Positions 50,598 through 64,000 of a stretch of DNA of 64,000 nt are shown here, piece after piece; within the stretch, counting starts at the first letter, position 1; each line of letters opens with the position of its first letter. The stretch is from contig OZ360229.1 in NCBI GenBank assembly GCA_977017645.1, forward strand, positions 87,854,001-87,918,000, read 5' to 3'. The notes beneath the pieces are model-generated. The model was given only the letters and a program-made list of their open reading frames with translations. It was not told the origin of the DNA and searched no databases. The position numbers were made by a program, and so were the translations under genes. This DNA comes from Torpedo marmorata. Its lineage: Eukaryota.

Positions 50598-50800
50598 TGA
50601 CCGGGGCTCAAATCCCGCGCTGTCTGTAAGGAGTTTGTAAATTCTCCCCGTGTCTGCGCGGGTTTTCTCCGGGGGCTCCGGTTTCCTCCCACCCATAAAA
50701 AATGTACCGGGGTGTGGGTTAATGGGGTGTAATTTGGGCAGCATGGACTCATATGGCCAAATTGGCCTGTTACAGTGCTGTGTCTAATTTAAATTAATTT
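50598..50800 (+). mobile_element. V-domain SINE, 5'-truncated
   Basis: ctgtctgtaaggagtttgtaaattctccccgtgtctgcgcggg...gctgtgtctaatttaaatt. Confidence 0.85.
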
Positions 50801-51560
50801 TAAAAACGTGGCCCTCTCCCTCTTCCCAAATCCCAAGCTCCATTCGATTTCCAACATTGGGCTGGAAAGATTCCCACATCTTCACCACCCTTTCCCAAAG
50901 CCTCAGCCACAACTTCATGCACCCTGCCCCAGAGACCCAGCCCCCAAAACCCACCCCATACACAACACCCCCACAGGCAAGGCCCTGGCTCTTCCGCCCC
51001 AAGACAATAGGCTCTGCCCCAGCCCTTATGGATGAGCATGTCTTGGCTTCTCTCCAGCCCTACACACACATAAAGGTCTGTCTGTTTAAAAACTGTTAGG
51101 ATGATTTTCTTGTTGTTTTGTAAAACACGACAGTCATGGGAATAAGGGAAGCAAGGGTAGAAAACAAGTCAAAAAGCAATCGTTTATACAAGTCTTATTT
51201 AATTGCTTTGAGCAATACCTCGGGCCAGGATTGAGAAATCGACAGCTGAAACCCATAACTGGCTGATCTGTGGTCAGCTTCATTCTTTCAGTTAACGATG
51301 ACAATCTGAAACAAAGTTCTGCCCTTATTTTCATAATCTGCACCCATTTGGACAATGGATCTTCTGCTGCTGGGATTTTATGGACTGCTTCCTATTTACG
51401 GTTGTCCGCTGGGGCCTACTAAATAACATTCTGCAAAACTGTGCACTGATTCAGTGAGAGAAATAGAGTGACTCCTAATTGTGAAGCTGTTCCAGGTCAC
51501 TGAATTCTAACCCAGGATGATGAGTCTCATCTTGCATCGAAGAAAATGGCAGGATTTCAG

Positions 51561-52270
51561 ATCACAAGATCTTGGAGCAGAAGTAGGCCCATTGACCCAG
51601 AGTCTGCTTAGCCATTCTAATCATAGGCTGATCCATCCTCCCACTCAGCGCCACTTCCCAGTTTTCTCCCCATAACCCTTGATACCCTAACTAATCAAAT
51701 AGCTGTCAATCTTTGCCTTAAATACACTCAACGACCTCGCTTCCACAGCCGCAAGCTCCACAGACTCTCAACCCTCTGACTAAAGAAATTTTTCTGCGTC
51801 TCTGTTTTAAACTGACACTTTTATCCTGAAGTTATGCCCTCTTGTCCTAGAATCCCCTACCATGGGAAACATCCTTGCACATCTAATCTGTCCAGGCCTT
51901 TCAGCATTCGAAATGCCTCCATGAGCACCCCACCCCCCCCCCCCCCATCCTCCTGTACTCCAACAAGTAGAGTGCAAAAACCGACAATCGTTCCTCATAT
52001 TCTAACCCTTTCATTCCTGGTATCATTCTAGTAAATCTTCTGAACCCTCTCTAGTGCTGGCACATCTTTTCTCAAATAAGGCACCCAAAACTGTACTCAG
52101 TACTCCAAGTGAGGTCTCACCAGTGCTTTATGGAGTCTCAACATTACATAAAGTTCACTGACCAGCTGAATTTGTCCAGCATTGTTTTTACATCCCTGCT
52201 CTTGTTGCTATTCCTCTAGAAATGAATGCAAAATTATATTCGCCTTCTTCACCACCGACTCAACCTGGTC
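51561..52270 (-). mobile_element. CR1-type LINE 3' fragment
   Basis: RMFPMVGDSRTRGHNFRIK; 3' end matches 8531-8775. Confidence 0.85.
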
Positions 52271-54409
52271 TGTACAAAACTATTACTGCCAACACCTTTC
52301 TTAAAACTCAGGCAACAATAAGCTCTGTCTTCTTCACTGGCCTTCCTCAGACACTACAGCTGAATCAAGAATCAGAACAACCCACTCTCATCTCTACCAC
52401 AGCTGTAGCTCCCCTGCATTGGAAGGGGGCGGAATCTCGACCGATTCCCGTTCAGTAGGAGCACTTCTATGCCAGGGATGCCAAATTCTTGATTGCACGT
52501 TCTCTCCGCTGGATGCAAAACACCTTCAAACTCCAAATGCCCTGGGAACTTGCTGGGCCTCGCAAAGTAAAAGACCATGCTTTTAATTGATAGTTAAAGC
52601 AGTATTTCTCAACCTTTGGTCCATGGACCATCCAGTGGGCTTGTGATAGGTGATCTGTTACAATAAACAAGTTATATGTAAAACAAAGTTGCACATTTAA
52701 CAAAACTTTTCTGAAGCTTTTTCCACCAAAACAAAAATCCCAGTGTTCTTGTAAGGGGCTCAAGAGTGCCAGCACCCCTCCCCACTGGGGGTGGGGTCTG
52801 AGAATTTGTTATAGGTGGTCCTGTGATGTGTAAAGGAATACATGTGATCTGTGAGTGCGAAAACCACCAAGGTAAAGCTGTGAAACATCTTGACAGGAGA
52901 AAAGCATCAGACAAGTGATAATGGATGGATAAAATATGGGAGAAACTCCCTCCCAGAAGTGGATGGCTGGTAGCTAGAGGACACAGATTTAATGACTACA
53001 TAGAAAAATTTGAGGTAAGGGGAAGAATTTTTTTTTCAACATATTAAGATACTCGAGAGATAAATTTCAGAACAGATTAAAGTAGTAATTGAACAAATGA
53101 AATAGCCTCAAAATACCAGCACAGATATAATGGGCTGAATGGCCTTCTTCAGTGCTGTGGGATTATGCAGGGCTCAACCCCTCAGGACTTGGCTGCAACA
53201 CACAAGTAGGTACTGCTTAGTCAGGAAGCCAACAGCAATCATTACATCTTGCTCATTTTTTTGCTAACCGGATTTCTTTTTAGGATCCAAAGTTAAACAA
53301 ATATTTCCAGGGAGAAATCTAAAACACTGAACAATGGGCTTCTACTACATTTTAACTCCATCCTTGAAAACAGCAAAATCAATACCAGATTGACTGGGTT
53401 ATTACACTCTAATTGATCAGATGACTGCAGGCGATCGATGCAGGTCAGGATCCCAAATGGGACTGTAGCTGTAATTACAGCTGTTAACATGGTTAATTGT
53501 GTCGTCTGGTCAGTTTCCAGCTCTCACCCCTTCAAATACACGCATTCCAAACTGGGCCACTCGCGCCCAGCACAAATATCCAGGCTTGGACATGACGATG
53601 CAGTGGACCAAAGATCTGGAGCAGGATCAAAGTATGAATTCCTATCCTGAAAATGGGGAATGTAAACTCTTCATTAAGGTATACAAGACATGCCTCGGTG
53701 AAGAATTCCCAACTTGTGAGCACCTATGCATACAAACAAGCTCCCATATTAAATTCAAGTCCATACCCAAGCTTGTCCTACGAATAAAAGGACTACTTTC
53801 CTCGTTCTCCTCACTTTTATTAACTGTTCTTTTTTTTTTTTTTTAAAAAAAAGAGTCTTGTGTGCTTTTGATGCAATTCATTACAATACTATGGATGTAT
53901 GGTTACCAAAGACTTTTGGGTATTTTCTGACTTACGGACATCTGTGAAAACAGAACCCATCTGTTACCCAGGGACACTTGCATCCCTGCCTCTATCCAGA
54001 ATTAAAAGGACTGCATCTGTAGTGGCAACCTCAAAATCTCTGACTGTTGTAAAAACCAATCTGGTCTGGATATGACGTCAGATCCACAGCAATATGGAGT
54101 ATCCATAACTACCTTCTGAAATAGCCTATAAAGGCACTCAGTTCAAAAAGTAATTAGGGATACACAATACATGTTGGGCATATTGCAATGCTCACATCCC
54201 TGGAATGAACAATGTGCAACATTTCATGGTCAAAATCACCTGGCCCAGCTTAAGCCTTTCTGTCCTGAAGGACCCAACATCAGAAGCAGAGTCAGATTCA
54301 TACAGCATGGATACAGGTCCTTCACTCATCAAGTCCATGCCAACCATTGCCTGCCTACTCTGGCTGGAATGGGTGTCCAGGCATAGGCAGTGGGCAAACA
54401 CCAGAGCAG

Positions 54410-54955
54410 AATCTGCCTGGCTATATTTCATTAGGAGTTTGAGGAGATTTGAAAGGTCACCAAAGACACTTGCAAATTTCTACAGATGTACCATGGGGAG
54501 CATTGTGACTGATTGCATCACTGTCTGGTATGGAGGTGCCAATGCACCGAATAGGAAAAAGCTACAGAGGGGTGTAAACTCGGCCAGCGCCATCATGGGC
54601 ATTAAGAACATGTTTAAGAGACTGTCTCAAGAAAGCTGCCTCTATCAAGGACCTTCACCACCCAGGCCTTGCCATCTTCTCACAGCTACTATCAGGGAGG
54701 TGGTACAGGAGCCTGAAGACAAACACCCAATGTTACAAAAACAGCTTCTTCCCCTCTACCATCAGATTTCTGAATGGACAATAAACCTGTGGACACAACC
54801 TAACCTTTTTTTTTTTTGCACTTATGTTTTAAATCTTGTATTTACGGGATTGTAATAGATAGCAATTTTGCACCTGTAATGCACAAAACCGCTGTCACAA
54901 AACAACAAATTTTCTGAAACATGTTCATGACAATAGACCTGATTCGAATTCTGAC
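54410..54955 (+). mobile_element. Rex1-type LINE 3' fragment
   Basis: LYFIRSLRRFERSPKTLANFYRCTMGSIVTDCITVWYGGAN; Rex-like 3' UTR. Confidence 0.85.
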
Positions 54956-55130
54956 AAAACCTAACATCCAGGCACACTGGATGTGGAAAACTGCTTCCTG
55001 GCCGTGTCCTGGGCTCTGGTGCTATATTTGACATAGAATTTGGATCACTGGGAATGGAGGAGAAAAGCAAGGAAGGTGTTCAAGCAGGAGGGAAAATGCA
55101 CAATGTGGATGGGAAGATGAAGTGAGGGAG

Positions 55131-56267
55131 GAACAGGAACCCAGACTACCATCATGTACCAGAACAGGAACCCAGACTACCATCATGTACCAGAACAGGA
55201 ATCCAGACTATCATCATGTACCAGAACAGGAACCCAGACTACCATCATGTACCAGAACAGGAACCCAGACTACCATCATGTACCAGAACAGGAACCCAGA
55301 CTACCATCATGTACCAGAACAGGAATCCAGACTATCATCATGTACCAGAACAGGAACCCAGACTACCATCATGTACCAGAACAGGAACCCAGACTACCAT
55401 CATGTACCAGAACAGGAACCCAGACTACCATCATGTACCAGAACAGGAACCCAGACTACCATCATGTACCAGAACAGGAACCCAGACTACCATCATGTAC
55501 CAGAACAGGAACCCAGACTACCATCATGTACCAGAACAGGAACCCAGACTACTCTCATGTACCAGAACAGGAACCCAGACTATCATGTACCAGAACAGGA
55601 ACCCAGACTACTCTCATGTACCAGAACAGGAACCCAGACTACCATCATGTACCAGAACAGGAACCCAGACTACCATCATGTACCAGAACAGGAACCCAGA
55701 CTACCATCATGTACCAGAACAGGAACCCAGACTACTATCATGTACCAGAACAGGAACCCAGACTACTATCATGTACCAGAACAGGAACCCAGACTACCAT
55801 CATGTACCAGAACAGGAACCCAGACTACCATCATGTACCAGAACAGGAACCCAGACTACTATCATGGACCAGAACAGGAACCCAGACTACTATCATGTAC
55901 CAGAACAGGAACCCAGACTACTATCATGTACCAGAACAGGAACCCAGACTACTATCATGTACCAGAACAGGAACCCAGACTACCATCATGTACCAGAACA
56001 GGAACCCAGACTACTATCATGTACCAGAACAGGAACCCAGACTACTATCATGTACCAGAACAGGAACCCAGACTACTATCATGTACCAGAACAGGAACCC
56101 AGACTACCATCATGTACCAGAACAGGAACCCAGACTACTATCATGTACCAGAACAGGAACCCAGACTACCATCATGTACCAGAACAGGAACCCAGACTAC
56201 TATCATGTACCAGAACAGGAACCCAGACTACCATCATGTACCAGAACAGGAACCCAGACTACTATCA
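55131..56267. repeat. 31-bp minisatellite, about 37 copies
   Basis: Unit GAACAGGAACCCAGACTAC(C/T)ATCATGTACCA; one unit has a 3-bp deletion near 55580. Confidence 0.98.
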
Positions 56268-58089
56268 TTTACAGGTTGGGTCAGACATGGCAAGGAGTAG
56301 ACTGACATTGTTCATGCAGGTACACCCCTTCCTTCATAGTAACAATGCTTATACAAGACAAAAGGGATTAGTGAACAGGTAATGCTGTAGTTCAAGAGGG
56401 CTCCAGACAAAAGCAAACAGAAACCATTTTTAAAATAAATAATTTTGCCAGTTTGTCCACTGTGCCCTTTGTCACTTGCTGTGCCCAAACTGTCAGCACA
56501 CCCCCTTATTCAAAACCATTCAGGCACGTTAGATATTAAACAGAGAGGCAGGGAAACTATTTCCCCATCTCTTCCCACCTCCCCATTGAGTCATCTAATC
56601 TGCCACTGTAGATGGCCATCTCTGCCACTGAGTTTAAAGCCCTTTTTATGCTGCAACCCTGCATTAAAGCAGGCTCAAGAAAAAAAAAAGGTGAACTTAC
56701 TTTTTATGACGATCTATATGACGTTTCCAGCGTTGTCTTTATGCTGAGCTGCGTCGGGAGCCGGCTTCCCAATCTGAGGGAGGCGGGACTCAGGCAGATC
56801 TCCTGCGCAGCGTAATTAGCTCTACATTTTATTTAAAAATCGTGCTCCTGGGTCACGGGCTGACGGCGTCATCGCGACATCATCAGCCCTCCCCTTTCCA
56901 GCGGCTTTCGTTTTATGGAGGAGGTGGAGAGATTCTCTCCACTTCTGTGTACCTCCTAGGCATAATCGGAGTACGCATTGCCAATCTGCCATCGGACTTT
57001 TTAATGTGGGTAAGTGAGGCGACTTAAAGACAGAAATGTTCTGTCTTTACAGTCGCTTTCTTTGCACTATAAAAGGAGCTTAATTTGCAAATCCAAAATA
57101 TAGAAGGTGCTGATCAGAAAGGCAATATGCAATTGAACAGTGCTGGCTGGATGGATGGCATGCCCCACCTCAGTCTAAGTATCGCCCCAGGCGGGAGCAG
57201 TAGCTGTAATAGAAAACACTGCTAGTGGTGGGGAGGAGGGAAGCTGAGGAAAAAAAAGATGTTGAATGAAGTGTTTTTCCTTAAAACAACAGCTGTGAGA
57301 AGGAATGGCCACTGAAGCAGCTTTAACATTCTTAGACCCAAGGGGCAAATGTGCCCAAGAATGGATTGCTCAGAACAAACAAACACAGAATGAAGTCAGG
57401 GCCTCTGGCAAGCTGCTAGTAATTAAGTGGGCCTGTAAACAGCTCAGAGGAGCACTTCAAAGGGGGAAGGGCAGCAAATCCTGCATCAGCTCCCCTCTCT
57501 ATTACTTACACAATTCCCAACCCTCAAAAGCCATGAGCAAGGCCGCGTACGTGTCTTCACAACAAGATTTACACGTTAGCGATCCAGCATTGATCACAAA
57601 AGAGCAACACCTCTCTCTCTTTCGTGAGGATGCAATTGCCTGCAATTCATCTCTTTCTCCCCACTTCTCCCAAGGGAGCCGAGTCACATTCGGGTACCAG
57701 CAGGGCTGCTGCTCCTCCAGGAATGTTCCACGTATCCAAGAATTGATCCACAGAGTAGTGCTCCCAGCAAAGCCAGAGGGAAATTAAAAAAAAAAAAAAT
57801 CACACAGAAAACATTTCTGAGGCTCTCTTTCAGATTTTTGTTAAGCTTAGAGAGGGGTGGAGTGAGAAGACAGACACAAAAAAGCGACGGTGAGTACCAT
57901 TCGACTGTGCAATGAATGGAAATGTGCAACATTCCCAGTCAGCAAGGCAATTCTGACCAACCTTGTTCAGAACCACACTGGGTGATAGCTCCATTGGCTG
58001 TTTATTAGACAAAGTTAACATTTCTAATAATGTGTCAAATGCTGCAACAGCATCAAGGGCAATAGTCATGGAATTGGCATTAAAAATCA

Positions 58090-58300
58090 AAAACTGCAGA
58101 TAACATAAACCAGAAATTAAAATAGTACATGTTGGAAACACTCAGCTAGTCAGGCAGTATCTGTGGAGAGGGGGGAAAGTGTTAATGTTGCAGGTTAAAG
58201 GCCCTCCATCAGAACTTTCCTATTTCTGATGAAAAATGTTCAACCTAAGACTAACTCTGCCTCTCTTTTATAGTATTGCCATGTAGTTGAGTTCAGCATT
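58090..58300. mobile_element. Palindromic Penelope pseudo-LTR derivative (old)
   Basis: actcagctagtcaggcagtatctgtggag...ggccctccatcagaa / ttctgatgaaaaatgttcaacc. Confidence 0.6.
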
Positions 58301-58844
58301 GGAGGACGTGCCTCAGCAAAAGGCACAGGCTACTTCACAGAAATAAGATTTTTTTTTAAAAAGAGAATGGCAGATCTTTGGAATTCTCTGCTCCAGAAGT
58401 CAATCAACAGCAATACTATTAGTCTAGGAATAAAGGATAGATGGAAAGGTGGATGAGATCGAGACTCAGCACCAAGGTGCAAGTCAACTGGTGCGTGATG
58501 ATAATTTCACATTACAGCTATCAGCATTTTCAGTAATGGAGGGTGTAGGCTGGGCAGATGATTTGTAAAACACTGGGGATTTGCTACAGTGCTTCACAGA
58601 GACTTGATCCACAGTGTGCCAATACCAAAGTTGACCTTCTCTCCTGTGATGGAAGCACCAGACACCTGGAGAACCAGGAATGGCACTGATTTTTCTTGCC
58701 TATTATAAAAAAAGTTGCACGTGAACACAAGGGAGGAAAGAGTAAAGGGATGAAATGTGCCCCTTCCACACTGTTGATGTGCATCTACAAGCCTGGCCAA
58801 GTTACTGACTGAAACGTGAACCAAATAGGACTCGCTGAAAACTG

Positions 58845-59062
58845 GTGGACAGCACAGTTAGCACAATGCTGTTACAGCACCAGCAACCTGGGTTCGAATC
58901 CGACACTGTTAGGAGTCTGCACGTTCTCCCCGTGTCTGCGTGGGTTTCCTCCGCCCTTCAAAGATCATGTAGGCTAATTGAGGTACTTTGAGTGGTACAG
59001 GCTCGTGGGACAGAAAGGCCGGTTACGGTGCTGCATGTCTAAATTTAAACTTAAAATTTAAA
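58845..59062 (+). mobile_element. tRNA-derived V-domain SINE
   Basis: B-box ggttcgaatcc, core cacgttctccccgtgtctgcgtgggtttcctcc and aaatttaaa tail. Confidence 0.85.
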
Positions 59063-61632
59063 GTGAGGAGCAGTTTGTGATAAGGTGGGATCAGAATGGC
59101 AAGCACTGTTTCCCCAGCACAAGATTACTGCACAGTTCAGCATGAAAGGAGAGGCAGTTTCAGAGAGACCAATCTTTGCTCCATTTGTGGGACAGGGAGA
59201 CCAGTGACAGGGGTGGGAGGCCAAAAGAGTGCAGAGTTAAAGGGCTGCCAAGGAGAGGGTAGGGCAAAATTGTGAGGGATAAGACAGTGTAAGCAACATG
59301 AGCGACAAAAAAAATACAGAAGGTGCTATTCCTGACATCTCGTGACAAATTTCAGTTGAATTCAAATTTTACTGTGAGATTAATAAAGCAATGAGTCAGC
59401 TTATTGGAGTAAGGTGGAGGGGCAAGAAGTCCAGAAAGGATAAAGGGCAAGAATTGTGTTGTGGTACAAATGATAATTAACCACAGAATAATTAAAAAGA
59501 TAACAGAAGTGCTGAAGGCTGTTTAAACTCCAACTCAATTGAGAGGCTTTATGTACACAAAAATAGTTTATCAACAGGGCAAGGTAGAGATTGATTTACA
59601 GCCTTGAATTCTTTGATCTGCTATTAATTACTTCGCATTGTACAAATATTTAATGATATTTTCTGCTCTATTGTGCAGGGGAGGAGGGGTCGTCTGCCAG
59701 TTTTCTTGATTGTTTCACCTTTCAACAGAACGATTCTCCTTCAATGGCCAGTTTCTCTTAATATTCCTCTCTGCTGCCTCTTGGTCCCAGGTACACTACA
59801 ACCTCAATCTCATCACGCAATCACATGGTACTGCGATTAAAACCCAAAACATCAGCTCTTGATCAAAATGTCTTAAAAGTGCGCAACTCCACTCCTCCAG
59901 GAGCCAAGTTTGGCCCAATTATGGTGTCTTGGTTTTCCCGACATTTCACATTGATTTCTTTATTTCCCCCTCCCTCCAATATTACAACTGTTTTGCTCCC
60001 ACGGGCTCCATCTATAATTTTACAAGTAATTTTTTTTTTTTTTTAAAAAGAAAAATTAGGTAAGGGAGAATGAATAGGAAGAACATGCAAAGCAACAAAG
60101 TCAAATTTCTCTATGACAGAGAAAAAACACTATTCAGTCCGTTTAGTCTCTACCAACTTTCAGGGCAAATCAGTTTCCCCACATTTCTTTGCAACCCATC
60201 GCATCACATTCCCATCAACTCAATACTGATTGACCTCCACCAAGGGCACCTCAGTGGGCCATTAACCTAGCAACCCACACATATTTAGAACATGGAAAGA
60301 CACCAGAACACCCTTGAGAATCCCCGGTGACTGCGAACGTACAAGCTCCACATAAACTGCAATGTTGTTCAGGATCTAACCAGGGGCATGGAATTGGCCC
60401 AAAGGTGATGACATACTTCTGAATACTGCTACGATGAGGGAGACATGGCAGTTATTATATGCACAGCAAGCTCTCAAAAAGCACTGCAAAAATGTTGAAA
60501 TATTTCTTTTTAAAAAACACAAGTGGATAAGCACTGGTGATAACTCTTGCTCACCTCAAGCAGAGGAATGGGATCTTTTGCCACACAAGACAGCACCTCA
60601 GCAGTGACGAAGAGTCATTGATCTCAAATGTCAATTCTGTTACCCACTTCACCCACTGGCTGAGCATTTCCAGCACTTTGTTTTCATCTCCTCAGTGCTA
60701 TACTGGAATGTCAGCATGGATTCTCATCCCTGGGAACTTGAACAGTTTTGATTCAGGCCCAGGAATGCGATGCAGGATCCTACAGCATGACATACACACA
60801 CACAGCATACAAACAACTGGCCATTTTATAGTCCCTTAGTGACAGCATTGTGTGAAAGAAGCTCACAGATGCTTGAAGCTACAAGGCACATGTGTTTAAC
60901 CTCATTCTTTCCTCCACCTAAGCAAGGCATTAACACATTTGAAGAAAGTTAAAACAGAGGGGGAAAACAACTTCACACCAGCATGCAAGCAACTGCACAC
61001 TGAAATTATCATACATTCAAGGATACAGAGGATGTATTGGAAACTGCAGAGTATCCGTGGAGAGGATTCAGCAAGACAGCTCTATTCATTTTTGCTCTGG
61101 AGTTGGATCCAAATACAGAGCAGAATTAATCCAACAGCACCAAACCATTCTCTGATATCACACCAATTGGCAGAAAACAAGAGTGAATGAAGGTAATCCC
61201 TGTCCCATTCACAAAAAAAAATTAAATTGCAACTCAAAAATACCTAAATAAATTCAAAAGACTTCTGCATAAAATTCAGAAACTCAAACAAGTTGCAGTG
61301 CAATATTTCAGCTTCTAAATGCCAATAAAAAAAACAATAAATTAAACAGTTTGCTGCACAAAACATTAACTTGCTCCAGAATGAATTCAAGATGGTTAAC
61401 AAAGCTCAAGAACTAATTGGATTTTAAATGATTAAGTGCCTGCTTCCACTTTAGTACATCGCAGAAACATAGAAACCAAATCTTCCTTACTCTTCCAGAT
61501 TGCCTGCGATAAGATACGGGAATTAAGATCACCCTTGATAGGATCCCCCCCTCCTTCCCCCACCCATGTTATTACACCTTTCCTTACTGATTTTTCATCC
61601 CTTGATTCACAACAAAACACCACTTCCAAAGT

Positions 61633-61839
61633 TAAAAAACAATGCTGGAGAAACTCAGCTGGTCAAACCGTGTACTTTATGAACTTAAGGTGCCTGCCCA
61701 AATTTGGCCCATACCTTGATGAAGGGCTCAAGCCCAAAATGTTGGTTATGTACCTTTATCTTTGCTACACAAAGTACACTGTTTGACCAGCATTGCGTTT
61801 TTACTTCAATCACGGTGTCTGCAGAATTTCGTGTTTTAC
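61633..61839 (+). mobile_element. Penelope pLTR with inverted partial copy, containing a hammerhead motif (61710-61750)
   Basis: catacc-TTGATGA-a-GGGCtcaaGCCC-AAAA-tg-TT-ggttatg (G12>A); same family as the 43349 pLTR; arms ctggtcaaaccgtgtacttt / aaagtacactgtttgaccag. Confidence 0.8.
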
Positions 61840-62469
61840 TACCACTTCCAAAGATGACTTCAATATTGCGAGCACAGGATACAATCACTCTCCCAAGTGC
61901 AGATGAGCAATAAACGCTGGCATTAACAGCACCAACTCAATGAAAAGAACAACTTATTAATCAATAATAATGACTGAAAAAGGAGATAAGAGATAGATAC
62001 CGAGAGGGGTACGGCGGAAGCAAGATAGCAAGAAACTGAACAAGGCGAGAGAGAAAATCAAGGAGAAAATTAAGATCAAACTCATTCTGCACAATGTTCA
62101 GTTTAACAGAGTTGTTCAGAAATAGTTATTCCAATAAAGTTCTTAACCCTTTAACGTGTTGGAAAAAAATGCAAATGCATTTACACCATACAGTGAATAT
62201 TAAATACAAAAATCAAGATGAATTTACCTAGTCACATTCTTCTGCTCTGAAATGGGAAATTTTAGATCAAGATGAGGAGAATAATTTAGCTCAAAGATGC
62301 ACAATGAAAGGCAATGATGATAACTACACTGGTATCAAAACATATCCCCTGGCATTATTTTTGCATTGGATACAATGACAAGAGAATGGGACACAGAATA
62401 AAACATTGCTGCCAATGTATCACAGTATATAATCTTGTTTTTTTTAAGGCCACATGAGTACATTGGACT

Positions 62470-62760
62470 AGTGGCGTAGCTAGTAGAACTGCTGCCTCAA
62501 GGCTGCAGTCTCCCAGGTTCAATCCTGACCTTGGGTGATAGCCGTGGAGTCTTCCTGTGACAAGTGTGCTTCCCGCAGATGCCTCGGCTTCCACCCCCCT
62601 CCCACCATTTCAAACGTCATGCAGGTCGCGTAGGCTCCATAGTGACTGAATTGCTCCTGTTGTGTAGGAGAGTGGCAGCTCATAGGAATGTAGAAAGATT
62701 GAAATGGGATTAGTGTGAGTGAGTGATCAGTGTGTCAGAGGCCGTTTCCATGCTGTCTCT
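62470..62760 (+). mobile_element. Older tRNA-derived SINE
   Basis: gtggcgtagctagtagaactgctgcctca...ggttcaatcctgacc head; CR1-like 3' end gccgtttccatgctgtctctct. Confidence 0.7.
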
Positions 62761-64000
62761 CTCTCTCGATGTAACCCGAGGTTGATTCAAGGTTAGCGAG
62801 TCGCTTCTTTTGAAGAAACCCAACAGACTGGTCACGTTTCCCCCAAAATCCTCACCTGATCAACTCTGAACTCTGCTTAGGAACAAACACTATTTTAATC
62901 AAATTCCTTCATTATTACTTCGAGAGGAAAGGATGCCAACCTGATGGTTTTTTTTCATTGTGATCGTTCTAGTATGATTCCAGTAAACCTGAAATCCATG
63001 GGAATATGAGGAAGAGTTCCTGGACCTTGATATTAGGCTTGGTGCAACAAGATCATTGTACAGTTGCAAACATGCTTCAAAATTGCACCAATAAACTTTT
63101 TTAAAAATAAAGATTGGACTCTCACTCAATTATCTCAGATACCTCGCATCAGAGAACAACTGACTTGTGCTGATTTTTCACTCAAGCCAAGCAGCTCACT
63201 CACTAAAATCTTTGCAAATCTGAAGGAATGTTAACCTAGAAACACATGTTCAGTAATTCAATAGAAGAGAGGAGGTCATGGCCGCATACTGAAATCCACT
63301 GGAAATCGATGACCATAATCCACCAGCTCCAACCAGCCTGAGCACCTCCAAGTGAGAACTCCTCCAGTGACATGCATCATAGAGCCATCCCAAAACTCCA
63401 GACAAGCCTCCAATTTCCCCAAGCTATCACTTTCCATCTGCCAGGAATGGAATCGTACCCTTAAAGCTGCACCCCAAAGAACAGTGCTTCCAAAGGAGAA
63501 GGGGGAGAACCTCAGGACAGGAGAACAGACCCAATAAATAGTGGCCAATTTGCCCTCGACCCCTTGGCTTGAGAGAGGGGAGGGTTTGTTTGCCAAATCA
63601 CAACGCTGTCACCCACCCAAGTCACACAATTCCATGCTGTGGAAGAAAACCTTCCCAGCGGATTGAGGGGTTAACAAGCTAGCAGTCACGTTTGACACCA
63701 ACAATAAATCCATAATTTATGTCTTCAAAACATATGTTTGAACACCTCATTTCTAAATTTAAGAGGCACACATACTCGTAAATCTCAGTTTCATTTCAAA
63801 CGAAAGCAGATTACAGCCGTGTGTTATTGAGCAGTAATAGAGTTGGCCAGATAAATCAGTCGGCTTTAAACCCACGCTGATCAATCTGCTATATATAATT
63901 CCTCCTGGGCTCTTGGTGCTGTGCAGTCAACTGCCTTCTGTGCTTCTAGGGTGCAGAAATAATAAAAATAAATTTATTGGATGACTCGGCCAACCATTGT

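Noticed and set aside
55122-56382. Three 383-392-aa ORFs
   Set aside because: Artefact of a stop-free 31-bp tandem repeat read in all three plus-strand frames. Not a CRISPR array either, since there are no unique spacers.
57580-57610. tgtgatcaatgc (CDQC) on the minus strand as the next ZBTB16 exon
   Set aside because: Flanking codons do not match (no GAQF) and it lies upstream of the identified exon

Overview
Eukaryotic, repeat-rich vertebrate DNA. The repeat complement (V-domain tRNA SINEs, Rex1/Babar, CR1, Neptune-type Penelope, Tx1/L1) suggests a cartilaginous fish; this is inferred, not shown. The only host coding sequence found is one 98-bp minus-strand exon (42111-42208) encoding C2H2 zinc finger 2 of ZBTB16/PLZF, so the window is most likely the two introns flanking that exon. 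No other ZBTB16 exon was found by eye. The rest is retroelements (a full-length decayed L1, Rex1-type LINEs, Penelope elements, CR1/RTE/Tx1 fragments, SINEs, a solo LTR), hAT MITEs, a 31-bp minisatellite and unique AT-rich blocks that look like conserved enhancers. Highlights: (i) minimal hammerhead-ribozyme motifs in Penelope pseudo-LTRs and in a family of short palindromic derivatives, one of them sense to the ZBTB16 pre-mRNA; (ii) at least four near-perfect steroid-receptor IR3 elements plus a minisatellite built from GRE half-sites, in a gene known to be steroid-induced in mammals; (iii) a CpG-rich solo LTR with promoter motifs and a sense splice donor. All motif reading was by eye, and repeat boundaries are approximate unless TSDs are given.
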